Below, piece after piece: positions 37,432-48,295 of a DNA stretch of 64,000 nucleotides; the stretch's first letter is position 1, and every line of letters begins with the position of its first letter. The translations under genes were made by a program, and so were the position numbers. Below the pieces are notes generated by a model. It saw nothing but the letters and a program-made list of their open reading frames with translations, made no database searches and was not told where the DNA came from. The DNA is from an uncultured Gemmatimonadales bacterium (GTDB taxonomy: Bacteria > Gemmatimonadota > Gemmatimonadetes > Longimicrobiales > RSA9), in the NCBI GenBank assembly GCA_963783305.1, contig CAWAMW010000007.1, positions 32,001-96,000 of the forward strand, read 5' to 3'.

Positions 37432-38033
37432 TGTGGCTCTTCCATGTGCTCCGGCCGCGGCACCAGCGTCAGATACCCCAGGTCCAGGTGGAGGTGGTCG
37501 AACGAGCGGCCCGGGACGTCACCCGTCGGCCGCACCCACACGCCGGCGACCGCGTCCCGGGCGATCCGGGCGTACCGCTCGATCCGGTCCAGGTCGTCCA
37601 TGCTGTCATCGCCGATCCGGTAGATGTCCGCGGCCGCCCCCCACAGATGCGGGGAGGTGTCCACCGACAGCGCGTGCGCCGGAGACCGGTAGCCGCCGTT
37701 CGCCGCGATCCGAACAGGGACACCCACCACGTCGCGGAAACGGTCCATGGCCGCCGCGAACGCCACCACCGCGCACGGCAGGTAACGCGGGAAGTCCGAG
37801 AGCGGTTCCGCTTCCCTCAGGTCCGTGTCCAGGAACTCGAACGCCCCGAAGTGCCGTGAGACCCGCGTCTCCAGCGCCGACTCCCACGACGGGATCTCGT
37901 AGAAGTACCGCGGCAGCTGCACCATCCGCCCCGCGGGATGCTGCGCCACCTCGCCCGGCCGAAGCGCGCTACGATACGACGGACCAAGACGGAGCCCGTC
38001 CACGATCCGGAGTCGCGGTCCCACGTCAGCCAT
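37428..38033 (-). CDS. Peptidase M15A-like Zn D-Ala-D-Ala carboxypeptidase domain protein
   Basis: SRHF..FEF, GGYRSP, SPHLWGAAADI (H...D), HLHLD; no signal peptide. Confidence 0.82.
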   Translation of the reverse strand: MADVGPRLRIVDGLRLGPSYRSALRPGEVAQHPAGRMVQLPRYFYEIPSWESALETRVSRHFGAFEFLDTDLREAEPLSDFPRYLPCAVVAFAAAMDRFRDVVGVPVRIAANGGYRSPAHALSVDTSPHLWGAAADIYRIGDDSMDDLDRIERYARIARDAVAGVWVRPTGDVPGRSFDHLHLDLGYLTLVPRPEHMEEPQ

Positions 38034-38868
38034 CCGCCGCCTCCAGCAGGTCGCTCAGCAGCATCCGCGACACGTCCGCAATCAGGCTCCGCCGCGGCCC
38101 CGCGTCTCCCTCCTCCGACCACTCCGACAGCACCACCAGCACATACGGACGCCGACCCTCCAGATACACGATGCCGGCATCGTGCGTTACGGTGGAGATC
38201 TCCCCCGTCTTGTTCGCCACCCGCGCGCCCCCCGGCGCTCCGGCCGGGATCCCGCTCACGTACTCCTGGTCGTGCAGGATCTCCAGCATCTCCCGCGACG
38301 CCGCCGCCGACACCGCTCGCTCCTCCGCCACCGACTCCAGCAGCGTCGCCAACCCGTTCGCCGTCACCCGATTGCTGATCCCCGCCGCCCACGCCCGTTC
38401 ATCCTCCACGCCCCGACGGAACTCGAATCCACCGACCCCGTGCCGCTCCAGTGTGCCCCGGATCCCTTCCGGGCCCAGCAGCTCCACCAGCACATTCGTC
38501 GCCAGGTTGCTGCTCGTCACGATCATGTGCCGCGCCAGGTCCCGCACCCGCATGGTACGACCCACATGCCGATGCACCGCCTGGTTCCCGTCCCGCGACG
38601 ACGCCACCCGGAAATACCGGCCGTCCGCCAGGCTCGTGAACTGGTTACGCACGTGCAGCCGCGAGTTCTCTCGCAGCGATTCCCGCTCGATCGCGTCGTA
38701 GAGCCCCAGCAGCACCGCCAGCTTCATCGTGCTCGCCGCGTGAAACCACCGGTCCCCGTCGATCGCTCCGGACTCCCCCGTCTCCAGGTCCCGGTACGAC
38801 ACCGCCACCGCCGTCGCCCCGGACTCCCGCGACCGCTCCCGTATCTCCCGCTCCCGTTCCTCGTTCAT
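38026..38868 (-). CDS. Class A beta-lactamase-like serine hydrolase without signal peptide
   Basis: FHAASTMK (SxxK), MIVTSSNLATN (SxN), ANKTG (KTG), HDAGIV. Confidence 0.9.
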   Translation of the reverse strand: MNEEREREIRERSRESGATAVAVSYRDLETGESGAIDGDRWFHAASTMKLAVLLGLYDAIERESLRENSRLHVRNQFTSLADGRYFRVASSRDGNQAVHRHVGRTMRVRDLARHMIVTSSNLATNVLVELLGPEGIRGTLERHGVGGFEFRRGVEDERAWAAGISNRVTANGLATLLESVAEERAVSAAASREMLEILHDQEYVSGIPAGAPGGARVANKTGEISTVTHDAGIVYLEGRRPYVLVVLSEWSEEGDAGPRRSLIADVSRMLLSDLLEAADG

Positions 38869-38959
38869 GCCGGGCGAGGCTCGCAATTCCGAGGCCCAGC
38901 AGACGACGTCCCCGATGAACCCCCCGGCCCTCGGCCCTCGCCCCTCGATTTCCCCACTC

Positions 38960-39001
38960 TTGACAGCATCTCCAGTCTTATACATCCTTCTATCCGGATA
39001 T
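38960..39001 (+). promoter_or_regulatory. sahR promoter (-35 TTGACA) and candidate SahR operator ACATCC-N8-GGATAT
   Basis: TTGACA 38960-38965; 20-bp imperfect palindrome 38982-39001 abutting the ATG. Confidence 0.65.
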
Positions 39002-39946
39002 ATGAATGAAGCCACGGTCTTCCACCGCCTCACGTCCCTCGCGGACGCCACCCGCGGCCGGCTGCTCCACGTCCTGGAGTCGCACGAGCTGACCGTGTCG
39101 GAGATCTGTGCGGTCGTGCAGATGCCACAGTCTACGGTGAGCCGCCACCTGCGGATCCTGTCGGACGAGGGGTGGGTGACGAGTCGGGCGGAGGGGACGA
39201 GCCGGTACTACCGCGGCGCGTCGCGCCTGGATCCGGGGGCGGAGCGGCTCTGGTCGGTGGTGCGGGAATCGCTGGCGGATAGCCTGGCGGCGGCGCAGGA
39301 CGCGGATCGGGCGGTGGAGGTGGTGGCGCGGCGCCGGACGCGGTCGCAGGAGTTCTTCCGGACGGCGGCGGGCCAGTGGGACAGCGTGCGGCGCGAGCTG
39401 TTCGGCGCGCACCCGGAGCACCCCGCGTTGCTGGCGCTGCTGGACCCCGAGTGGGTCGTGGGGGATCTGGGCTGCGGGACGGGACAGCTGGCGGAAATCG
39501 TGGCGCCGTACGTGGCGCGTGTGGTGGCGGTGGACGAGTCGCCGGATATGCTGGAAGCGGCGGGCCGGCGGCTGGGGGGCTCTGACGTGGAGGACCGGAT
39601 CGAGCGGCGGGAAGGCCGGCTCGAGGCGTTGCCCGTGTCGGACGGCGAGCTGGACGTCGCGCTGCTCTCGCTGGTGCTGCACTACGTGCCACACCCCGAG
39701 GCCGCGCTGTCGGAGGCGGCCCGGGCGCTGCGTCCCGGCGGTCGTCTGCTCGTGGTGGACATGGTCGCCCACGACCGTCAGGAATACGCCGAGGAGATGG
39801 GCCACCGCTGGAGCGGCTTTGCCGAGGACCAGCTCCGGCTCTGGCTGGACGAGTGCGGCTTCGACGCCGTGCGCTACCGCCACCTCCCCATGGACGAGGA
39901 AGCGAAAGGCCCCATGCTGTTCGTCGCGACCGCCAGGACCGCGTAG
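39002..39946 (+). CDS. sahR: ArsR-HTH + SAM-methyltransferase-fold regulator (SahR-like)
   Basis: LADATRGRLL...ELTVSEI...QSTVSRHLRIL; SQEFFRTAAGQWD; DLGCGTG; directly upstream of ahcY. Confidence 0.88.
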   Translation: MNEATVFHRLTSLADATRGRLLHVLESHELTVSEICAVVQMPQSTVSRHLRILSDEGWVTSRAEGTSRYYRGASRLDPGAERLWSVVRESLADSLAAAQDADRAVEVVARRRTRSQEFFRTAAGQWDSVRRELFGAHPEHPALLALLDPEWVVGDLGCGTGQLAEIVAPYVARVVAVDESPDMLEAAGRRLGGSDVEDRIERREGRLEALPVSDGELDVALLSLVLHYVPHPEAALSEAARALRPGGRLLVVDMVAHDRQEYAEEMGHRWSGFAEDQLRLWLDECGFDAVRYRHLPMDEEAKGPMLFVATARTA

Positions 39947-39995
39947 CGCCGCAGGCATGGAGCCCGACCAAGACAATGCCCGTGATCAGCGATTT

Positions 39996-41536
<1,541 letters not shown>

Positions 41537-41568
41537 GCGCAGCGGAGCACAGGTCGCGAGGCGCGGAG

Positions 41569-41607
41569 GGCCGGTCGCTCACCGTTCGGTGGGGCGGCCG
41601 GCCTTTT
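41569..41607 (+). terminator. Rho-independent terminator after ahcY
   Basis: GC-rich stem GGCCGGTCGCTCACCG/CGGTGGGGCGGCCGGCC followed by TTTT. Confidence 0.75.
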
Positions 41608-41632
41608 CCGTTAAGACGACGAGGCTGGCCGC

Positions 41633-41806
41633 GGCGACGTGGCGGCTGAAGCGGTGCGTCATTCCGTCGCTGGATTCACCGTACGCGTCGCTGAGAGCCG
41701 TTGCCGCTGAACGCCACGCTGTCCGCGGGTGGCGTTCAGCAGCCCCCACGGCTGGCATCGCCGTCACGACTGAATCCCACCCTCCGGAACCGCGCAAATT
41801 CAGCAG
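41633..41806. repeat. Dispersed ~170-bp palindromic intergenic repeat, copy 2 (inverted relative to copy 1)
   Basis: Reverse complement aligns with 22714-22882; 30/34 identities in the best block. Confidence 0.75.
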
Positions 41807-41911
41807 CGCCGCCTCACCCCTCGACCCAGCCGGGAACACGAGGGGCCTCACACGAAAAGGCGGACGTGGACGCGGACCCCGGGATCCCAACGGAAACGGG
41901 CTCCAGCGGAC

Positions 41912-41960
41912 CCCGGATCCCGAACCCCGAACCCCGAACCCTGAACCCTGAACCCCGCAC
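41912..41960 (+). repeat. Heptamer tandem repeat (CCYGAAC-like)x7
   Basis: cccggat cccgaac cccgaac cccgaac cctgaac cctgaac cccgcac. Confidence 0.9.
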
Positions 41961-41994
41961 CGGCCCCCCCGGCGCGGAGGAGTGTCAGCCCAAA

Positions 41995-43620
41995 TCAGAG
42001 CGCGTTCAGCTCCCGCGTCATGGTGTCGGCGATCCCGTGCCAGTCGTACTCTTCCACCGCCGCGTTCCGGAGCGCGTCGGCCACATCGGCGTCGGCGTCG
42101 AGGGCGGCGTTCACGTTGGCGACGATGTCGGCGGCGGTGTTCTCGGCCTCGGGCGCGAGTCGCATGAGCCGGGCGAGGTCGTCGGGGAGGCGGGGTGCGA
42201 GGCTCTGGAGGGAGTGGTGCATGCCGGCGAAATCGGTGCCCATGGGCAGGCACCCGCACGCGGCCGACTCCGGCACGACCAGCGGCGACGCCTCGGGCAC
42301 CGCGGACGGGAACACCGCCACGTCCGCCAGCGGGAACACGTGAGCCAGGAGCGAGTGGTCGAGGTAGCCGGTGAAGATCACGCGGTCGGGGGTCAGGCGC
42401 TCGGCGGCGGAGGTGGCGTAGTCGTCGTACTCCCCGCTGTCGCGCAATCGCTGGAGGTACGCGGACGCCGAGGGACGCGCCCCCTCCTGCTTCCGCTCCC
42501 CGGCCCAGTCGATGATCCGCGCGGCCAGCTCCCCGTGCCCGCGGGACAGCGCCAGTACGAACGCCTCCATGTACTCCCTCAGCCACCCGGCGCCCACCAG
42601 CACCACGCGCGCGTCCGGGTGTCGCTCCAGGATCCTGGGCAGGGCGACTACGATGGCCGCAACCCCCTTCGCCGGGATCAGCCGACCCACGAACGTCAGC
42701 ACCCGGTCCCGCTCCCAGTCCACCGAGCGCAGCTTCTCCTCCAGCCCCGCGTCGGGGTGGCCGGTGTCGTAGTCGAGGGCCGGCTCCAGCGCCCGCTGGA
42801 ACGCCTCGTGGTCGAGATCGTCCTCGGCGGCGGACTCCACGGCCCGGGCCAGCGCCTCCGAGTGCCCCGGCCCGTGTCCACGCTCCACCCCGGTCAACGC
42901 CGACGCCAGCCGCTCCACGCTCTCCGCCCGCTCGCTCCGCGCCACCGGTCGGAACCGCTCCGTGTCCACGCCCACCCGCACGGTCACCGTCTTCGGCTCG
43001 AGGTCCAGGTCGGGGAAGTAGTCCTTGAGACGGTCACGGATTTCCTGGTTCAGCGCGAACACCGCGTCGGCTGACTCCACGGCGCGCCGGGCGATGGGCT
43101 GCATCCGTTCGTCGTGGCGGACAATGTACTCGAGCGCGCTCCCGTGCGGCATGACCGCGTACGCCAGCCCGTCCTCCTCCTGGAGCCGCCGGAGCGCTTC
43201 CGACAGCAGGATGGTGTGATTCACGTGCCACGCCCGAATCCCGGAATCCGCGGCGATCCGGCGCAGCGCCGCCACGTTTCGCCGGAGGTATTCCTCGAGC
43301 GGTGCCATGTCCAGGTCGAGAATCGACCGCACGTAATCGGATTCCCGGTCCGGCCGCACGTACGTGGGCAGCACGTTCAGCTCGGGCTTGTGCAGGATGC
43401 AGCGGCCCGGGTAGTCGACCTCACGCGAGAACCGTTGCTCCGGCTCGTCGTTCTCCCGGTGGATCCACAGCTCCGAGACAAAGTCGAACCGGTCAGGATA
43501 GGGCTCCTGGCACATCAGGTGCACGGTCTCGCCGTTGTCGCACAGCGCGGCGACCGTCTCGCGGGTCCATAGATTGCTTCCGGCCCCCGCGAGGCCGTAT
43601 CCGTGCACCATACCGATCAT
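41995..43620 (-). CDS. GT4 (GT-B) glycosyltransferase
   Basis: HGYGLAGAGSN, MPHGSALEY, GVDTERFRP, FVGRLIPAKG, FTGYL, VFPSAVPEASPLVVPESAACG. Confidence 0.88.
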   Translation of the reverse strand: MIGMVHGYGLAGAGSNLWTRETVAALCDNGETVHLMCQEPYPDRFDFVSELWIHRENDEPEQRFSREVDYPGRCILHKPELNVLPTYVRPDRESDYVRSILDLDMAPLEEYLRRNVAALRRIAADSGIRAWHVNHTILLSEALRRLQEEDGLAYAVMPHGSALEYIVRHDERMQPIARRAVESADAVFALNQEIRDRLKDYFPDLDLEPKTVTVRVGVDTERFRPVARSERAESVERLASALTGVERGHGPGHSEALARAVESAAEDDLDHEAFQRALEPALDYDTGHPDAGLEEKLRSVDWERDRVLTFVGRLIPAKGVAAIVVALPRILERHPDARVVLVGAGWLREYMEAFVLALSRGHGELAARIIDWAGERKQEGARPSASAYLQRLRDSGEYDDYATSAAERLTPDRVIFTGYLDHSLLAHVFPLADVAVFPSAVPEASPLVVPESAACGCLPMGTDFAGMHHSLQSLAPRLPDDLARLMRLAPEAENTAADIVANVNAALDADADVADALRNAAVEEYDWHGIADTMTRELNAL

Positions 43621-43720
43621 AGGGTTCGTGCTCCCATCTGCGATGATGCGAGCCGCACCCGCCGCCCGCTGCACGGGGCTACCGTTCAGACACCGTGCCA
43701 CAGGAAGGAAACCGACGCTC

Positions 43721-44431
43721 GTGGATGCCATGATTCTCGCCGCAGGACTCGGAACCCGACTCCGACCCCTCACCCACGAGGTGCCCAAGGCCCTCGTCGA
43801 CATCGGCGGCGAGCCGGTGCTCGACAAGGTCGCACGCCGCGTCGTCGCCGCCGGCGCCGACCGGATCGTGGTGAACGTATCTCCCCACGCAGACCGGATC
43901 CGCGAGCACATCGACGCCAGCGACGGGTGGGGCGTCGAGGTTCTCGTATCCGAAGAGCCCGACGGCCCGCTCGAGACCGGCGGTGGCCTCCTCAAGGCCG
44001 CGGACTTCTTCCGCCGCGACCGCCCCATCCTCATCCACAATGCCGACATCCTCACCGACGTGGACCTCGAGGCGCTCTACGCGGCCCACGACGACGCCTC
44101 CCTCGCGACCATGGCGGTCCGCGACGCCGACAGCGACCGCTACCTCCTCTTCGATGCCGAGGGCCTGGTCGGCTACGCGTATGGCGGCGAGGAGCACCGG
44201 GCGCGGGAGCCCGTGGGCGAGGAGCACCGTCGCGACTACCTGGGCGTCCAGGTCATCTCGCCCCGACTCCTCGATCGCTTCGAGGAGGAGGGGAAGTTCT
44301 CCATCTTCACCCCCTACATGCGGCTCATCCGCGAAGGTGAGCGCGTGGCCGCCTTCGAGGCGGGCGACGTCCGCTGGTCCGATATCGGCACGCACGAACA
44401 GCTGGAGGCTGCGCGCGAGGAGTGGGGCTGA
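43721..44431 (+). CDS. Nucleotidyltransferase (MurU / NTP_transferase family)
   Basis: AMILAAGLGTRLRPLT...PKALV, LETGGGL, NADIL, WSDIGT. Confidence 0.9.
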   Translation: MDAMILAAGLGTRLRPLTHEVPKALVDIGGEPVLDKVARRVVAAGADRIVVNVSPHADRIREHIDASDGWGVEVLVSEEPDGPLETGGGLLKAADFFRRDRPILIHNADILTDVDLEALYAAHDDASLATMAVRDADSDRYLLFDAEGLVGYAYGGEEHRAREPVGEEHRRDYLGVQVISPRLLDRFEEEGKFSIFTPYMRLIREGERVAAFEAGDVRWSDIGTHEQLEAAREEWG

Positions 44432-45291
44432 TGGCCGAGAAGATCCTGGTAACGGGTGCCACCGGGAAGGTGGGGCGAGAGCTGGTGAGGCGGCTGCTGG
44501 ACGACGGCCTGGAGGTGAAGGCCGGCACGCGCAGCCCCGTCCTCGCGGCGGACCTCTTCGGCCCTGGGGCGGAGGTCGTGGAGCTGGATTACGACGTCAC
44601 GGCCACGTGGGACGAGGCGGTGCAATGGGCGGACCGGGTGTTCCTGGTGCCCCCGGCGTTCGACCCCCACGGCGATGACCGCCTGGTCCCGTTCCTGGAC
44701 TGGGCCGTGCAATCCGGGGCCCGTCACCTGGTGCTGCTCTCCGCCATGGGCATCGAGGCGCGCCAGCGCCTGGCCCTCCGACGCATCGAGCAGCGCGTGG
44801 AGCAGACGGGTGTGGACTGGACCTTCCTGCGCCCCAACATCTACATGCAGAACTTCGCCCGCGGCTTCGTGTCCCGGTCCATACGCGACAATGGCGTGAT
44901 CCGGCTCCCTGTGGGCGACGCGCCCGTCAGCTTCGTCGATGGCCGCGACGTGGCCGCTGTCGCGGCTCGAGTGCTGCAGGAGGACCACCACTTCGGCCGC
45001 GCCTACACGTTGACGGGGCCGGAATCGCTGGACCACGGCGAGGTGGCGCGCCTGATCTCCGAGGCCGCCGGCCGCGACGTACGCTACGAGCACGTTCCCT
45101 CCGACGAGACCCGCGACTTCCTCGCCAGCGCCGGCTGGCCGGCCGAGCAGGCGGAGACCTTCGCCAGCCTCATGGCCGCCATCCGCGAGGGCCGTCGCTC
45201 CGATGTGACCGGAGATGTCGAGCAGGTGACGGGCTCCACGCCCACTCCGTTCACCCGCTTCGCCCGGGAGCACGCCGACGCCTGGAGCTAG
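44431..45291 (+). CDS. NmrA-like NAD(P)-binding oxidoreductase
   Basis: ILVTGATGKVG, WTFLRPNIYMQNF, SFVDGRDVAAVAA, YTLTGPE. Confidence 0.9.
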   Translation: MAEKILVTGATGKVGRELVRRLLDDGLEVKAGTRSPVLAADLFGPGAEVVELDYDVTATWDEAVQWADRVFLVPPAFDPHGDDRLVPFLDWAVQSGARHLVLLSAMGIEARQRLALRRIEQRVEQTGVDWTFLRPNIYMQNFARGFVSRSIRDNGVIRLPVGDAPVSFVDGRDVAAVAARVLQEDHHFGRAYTLTGPESLDHGEVARLISEAAGRDVRYEHVPSDETRDFLASAGWPAEQAETFASLMAAIREGRRSDVTGDVEQVTGSTPTPFTRFAREHADAWS

Positions 45292-45493
45292 AGCTCACGG
45301 TCGGGCCCACCCCACATGTCTGGCGGACCGTCGGCGGTGAAAATTCCGACGCCCTGGCGGGCGAGTCCGCGGCGCTGCTCGCGGAGACGGTCGCCGTGGT
45401 CGAATAGCCGCACCGGCCAAAACCGGCAACTGGTGCACCGTCCGCTGCGGAATTGGCAGTTCCGTCGCCCGCCCGACCCCTGACCGGCCCCCG

Positions 45494-45546
45494 GACTCGC
45501 GACCCGCGGCTGGCGACCGGGACTGGGGACCGGGACTGGCGACCGG
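45494..45546 (+). repeat. Degenerate 13-bp tandem repeat (GACTGGCGACCGG) x~4
   Basis: Read directly in the intergenic region. Confidence 0.7.
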
Positions 45547-45600
45547 TGCACCGTCCGCAGTACAGTGCACCCTCACCACCCCCGCAACCACGGAGAATCG

Positions 45601-46371
45601 ATGGCCGACGAGATCGAATACCGCGTGATCGGCGATGACATGCAGCTGGTGGAAGTCGCCCTGGACCCCGGTGAGGCGGTGCGTGCCGAGGCCGGCGCCA
45701 TGCTCTACCTCACCGATGACGTCGAGATCCAGACGTCCACCGGTGGCGGGGTTTTCAAGGGTCTGAAGCGCGTATTCACCGGTGAGACCTTCTTCATTAC
45801 GTCCTTCATATACACCGGGACGGGCAAGGGCGTGGCCGCCTTCGCGGCGCCGTATCCGGGCAAGATCATCCCGCTCGACCTCACCCAGTACGGCGGCAGC
45901 ATGCTCGTGCAGCGCGATGGCTTCCTGGCCGCGGCCGCGGGCATTGAGATCGAGGTCGCCTTCACCAAGCGTCTGGGCGCCGGCCTCTTCGGCGGCGAGG
46001 GCTTCATTCTCCAGCGACTCGAGGGTGACGGCCTCGCGTTCGTGCACGCCGGCGGCACCGTAGTGCGGCGCGACCTGGAGGCGGGCGAGTCGCTGCGTGT
46101 GGATACCGGCTGCCTCGTGGCCTTCCAGGAGTCCGTGGATTACGACATCCAGTTCATCGGCGGGGTTCGGAACGCACTCTTCGGCGGCGAGGGGCTCTTC
46201 CTGGCCACCGTGAAGGGGCCCGGGACGGTGTTCCTCCAGAGCCTGCCGTTCTCGCGCCTCGCCGACCGCGTGATGCAGGCGGCGCGTTTCGAGCAGAAGG
46301 GGGAGAAGAAGGGTGTGGGTGGCCTCGGGGGTAACCTGCTCGGAGGTCTCCTGCAGGGAGATCGCAGCTAG
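45601..46371 (+). CDS. TIGR00266 / AIM24 family protein
   Basis: GDDMQLVEVALDPGEAVRAEAGAM, FAAPYPGKI, FGGEGFILQ, VDTGCLVAF, LQSLPFSRLADR. Confidence 0.93.
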   Translation: MADEIEYRVIGDDMQLVEVALDPGEAVRAEAGAMLYLTDDVEIQTSTGGGVFKGLKRVFTGETFFITSFIYTGTGKGVAAFAAPYPGKIIPLDLTQYGGSMLVQRDGFLAAAAGIEIEVAFTKRLGAGLFGGEGFILQRLEGDGLAFVHAGGTVVRRDLEAGESLRVDTGCLVAFQESVDYDIQFIGGVRNALFGGEGLFLATVKGPGTVFLQSLPFSRLADRVMQAARFEQKGEKKGVGGLGGNLLGGLLQGDRS

Positions 46372-46452
46372 CAACCGGAGCACCGCCAGGGGATCGGATC
46401 TTGCGCCGCTGAACGCGCGTCGTCCGCCGTCCGAATTCGTCGAGGGAGAGCC

Positions 46453-47580
46453 GTGTCGGAATCCGATCGATCGCAGGATGCGGTGGGCTACGCAGTCGTG
46501 GGGCTGGGCTGGATCAGTCAGGCCGCCATGCTCCCGGCGTTCGCCAACGCCCGTGACACCTCGCGGCTGGTGGCCCTGGTCTCCGGCAGCGAGGAAAAGA
46601 GACGGGTCCTGGCAGACCGCTATGGTCTCGATCCGGAGCGTGACACGTATGGGTACGATGACCTGGAATCGTGCCTGGAGCGCGACGACGTGGACGCCGT
46701 CTACATTGCCGTCCCCAACCACCTGCACCGGGAGTTCACCGAGCGCGCCGCGGCCATGGGTGTGCACGTGCTCTGCGAGAAGCCCATGGCCCCGAGCGTC
46801 GAGGACTGCCGCGCCATGATCGACGCGTGCGAAACGGCGGGCGTCCGGCTCATGATCGCGTACAGGCTGCACCTGGAGCCCGCCAACCTCCACGTGGTGG
46901 AGCGCGTCATGCGCGGCGACCTCGGCGACCTGCGGGTGTTCACCGCCACGTTCGCGCTCCAGGTCGCCGACGACGATATCCGCCTCGTCCCGCCCGAGCA
47001 GGGCGGTGGCCCGCTCTACGACATCGGCGTCTACTGCATCAACGCCGCACGCTATTTCTTCCGGGCGGAGCCCGAGGCGGTGTGGGCCACGCCAGCGGCG
47101 CGCGAGCAGCCGCGGTTCCACGAGATCGAGGAAGCGGTGAGCTGCGTGATGCGGTTCCCGGGCGAGCGCCTGGCCACGTTCACCTGCAGCTTTGGCGCCC
47201 ACGATGTCTCGTTCCTGACACTCGTGGGCGACGAGGGCTCGCTTCGCATGGACAACGCCTTCACGTTCCAGGGCGATCGGACGATGGAGCAGGAGGGCGG
47301 TCAGGGGCCCGGGAGCCGCATGTTCCCGGAGTCCGACCAGTTCGGCCCTCAGCTCGCTTACTTCTCCGGCTGCATCCGCGAAGAGCGCACCCCGGAGCCG
47401 GACGGCGAGGAGGGGCTGGTGGACGTGCGCATCATACGCGCACTATACGAGTCCGTGGAGACGGGACGGCCGGTCGATCTCGATCTCGAGCGCGAGCACC
47501 GGCCGGTCCCGGACATGGCCGTGCGGTACCCGGCCCTGGAATCACCCGGGATGGTGGACGTGAGCAGCTCGTCCGCCTGA
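46453..47580 (+). CDS. Gfo/Idh/MocA oxidoreductase (glucose-fructose oxidoreductase-like)
   Basis: YAVVGLGWI, VYIAVPNHLH, HVLCEKPMA, AYRLHLEP, GGGPLYDIGVYCINAARY. Confidence 0.92.
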   Translation: MSESDRSQDAVGYAVVGLGWISQAAMLPAFANARDTSRLVALVSGSEEKRRVLADRYGLDPERDTYGYDDLESCLERDDVDAVYIAVPNHLHREFTERAAAMGVHVLCEKPMAPSVEDCRAMIDACETAGVRLMIAYRLHLEPANLHVVERVMRGDLGDLRVFTATFALQVADDDIRLVPPEQGGGPLYDIGVYCINAARYFFRAEPEAVWATPAAREQPRFHEIEEAVSCVMRFPGERLATFTCSFGAHDVSFLTLVGDEGSLRMDNAFTFQGDRTMEQEGGQGPGSRMFPESDQFGPQLAYFSGCIREERTPEPDGEEGLVDVRIIRALYESVETGRPVDLDLEREHRPVPDMAVRYPALESPGMVDVSSSSA

Positions 47581-47614
47581 CCATACCTGTACAACAACAG
47601 AAGAGGAGAAACAC

Positions 47615-48046
47615 ATGGCGATACGCAAGGCGAACGCGACCTGGAACGGCACCCTGAAGGATGGCGATGGCAAAATGCGACTGGGCGGTGGCGCCTACGA
47701 GGGCGCCTATTCCTTTCAGTCCCGCTTCGAGGAAGGGGAGGGCACGAACCCGGAGGAGCTCATCGCCGCGGCGCATGCCGGCTGCTTCTCCATGGCGTTC
47801 TCGGCCGAGCTCGGCAAGGCCGGCCACGACCCCAAGCGCGTCTCCACAGAGGCCCGCGTCAGCCTCGTCAAGGGGGACGAGGGCTTCTACATGAACCGCA
47901 TCACGCTGGTGACCGAGGCGGAGGTGCCCGGGATCTCCGAAGACGAGTTCCAGAAGATCGGCGAGGCCGCGAAGAAGGGCTGCCCCGTCTCCCGCGCCCT
48001 GGCCGGGGGGCCGGAGATCAAGCTGGAGGCGACCCTCCGCAGCTGA
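47615..48046 (+). CDS. osmC: OsmC-family peroxiredoxin
   Basis: [38 protein letters not shown]. Confidence 0.96.
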   Translation: MAIRKANATWNGTLKDGDGKMRLGGGAYEGAYSFQSRFEEGEGTNPEELIAAAHAGCFSMAFSAELGKAGHDPKRVSTEARVSLVKGDEGFYMNRITLVTEAEVPGISEDEFQKIGEAAKKGCPVSRALAGGPEIKLEATLRS

Positions 48047-48084
48047 CCCGCGGGCGGCCGCTCCCTCTCGGGGGCTCGCTGGCC

Positions 48085-48255
48085 GCCATACGGCGGTCGC
48101 GTCGATCCGCGCGGTGAACCGGTCGGGGTGGAGCAGTCCGGCGAGGACCTCCACCCCGTCCACCACCCGCGGTCCCGACCGGTTTAAGTACGACGATCCA
48201 TCCACGATGAACGCCCGCCCGATTTCCACCGCGCGCGGCGCCCCCTCGTACTGGC
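48085..48255 (-). pseudogene. C-terminal remnant of a cobalamin/siderophore-type (BtuF-like) ABC substrate-binding protein
   Basis: Minus-strand reading ...RAVEIGRAFIVDGSSYLNRSGPRVVDGVEVLAGLLHPDRF...; no room for the N-terminal part; boundaries approximate. Confidence 0.7.
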
Positions 48256-48295
48256 GCTCCACTTTCGGAATGGAACCTGCCGCGCTGGCGTCGCC

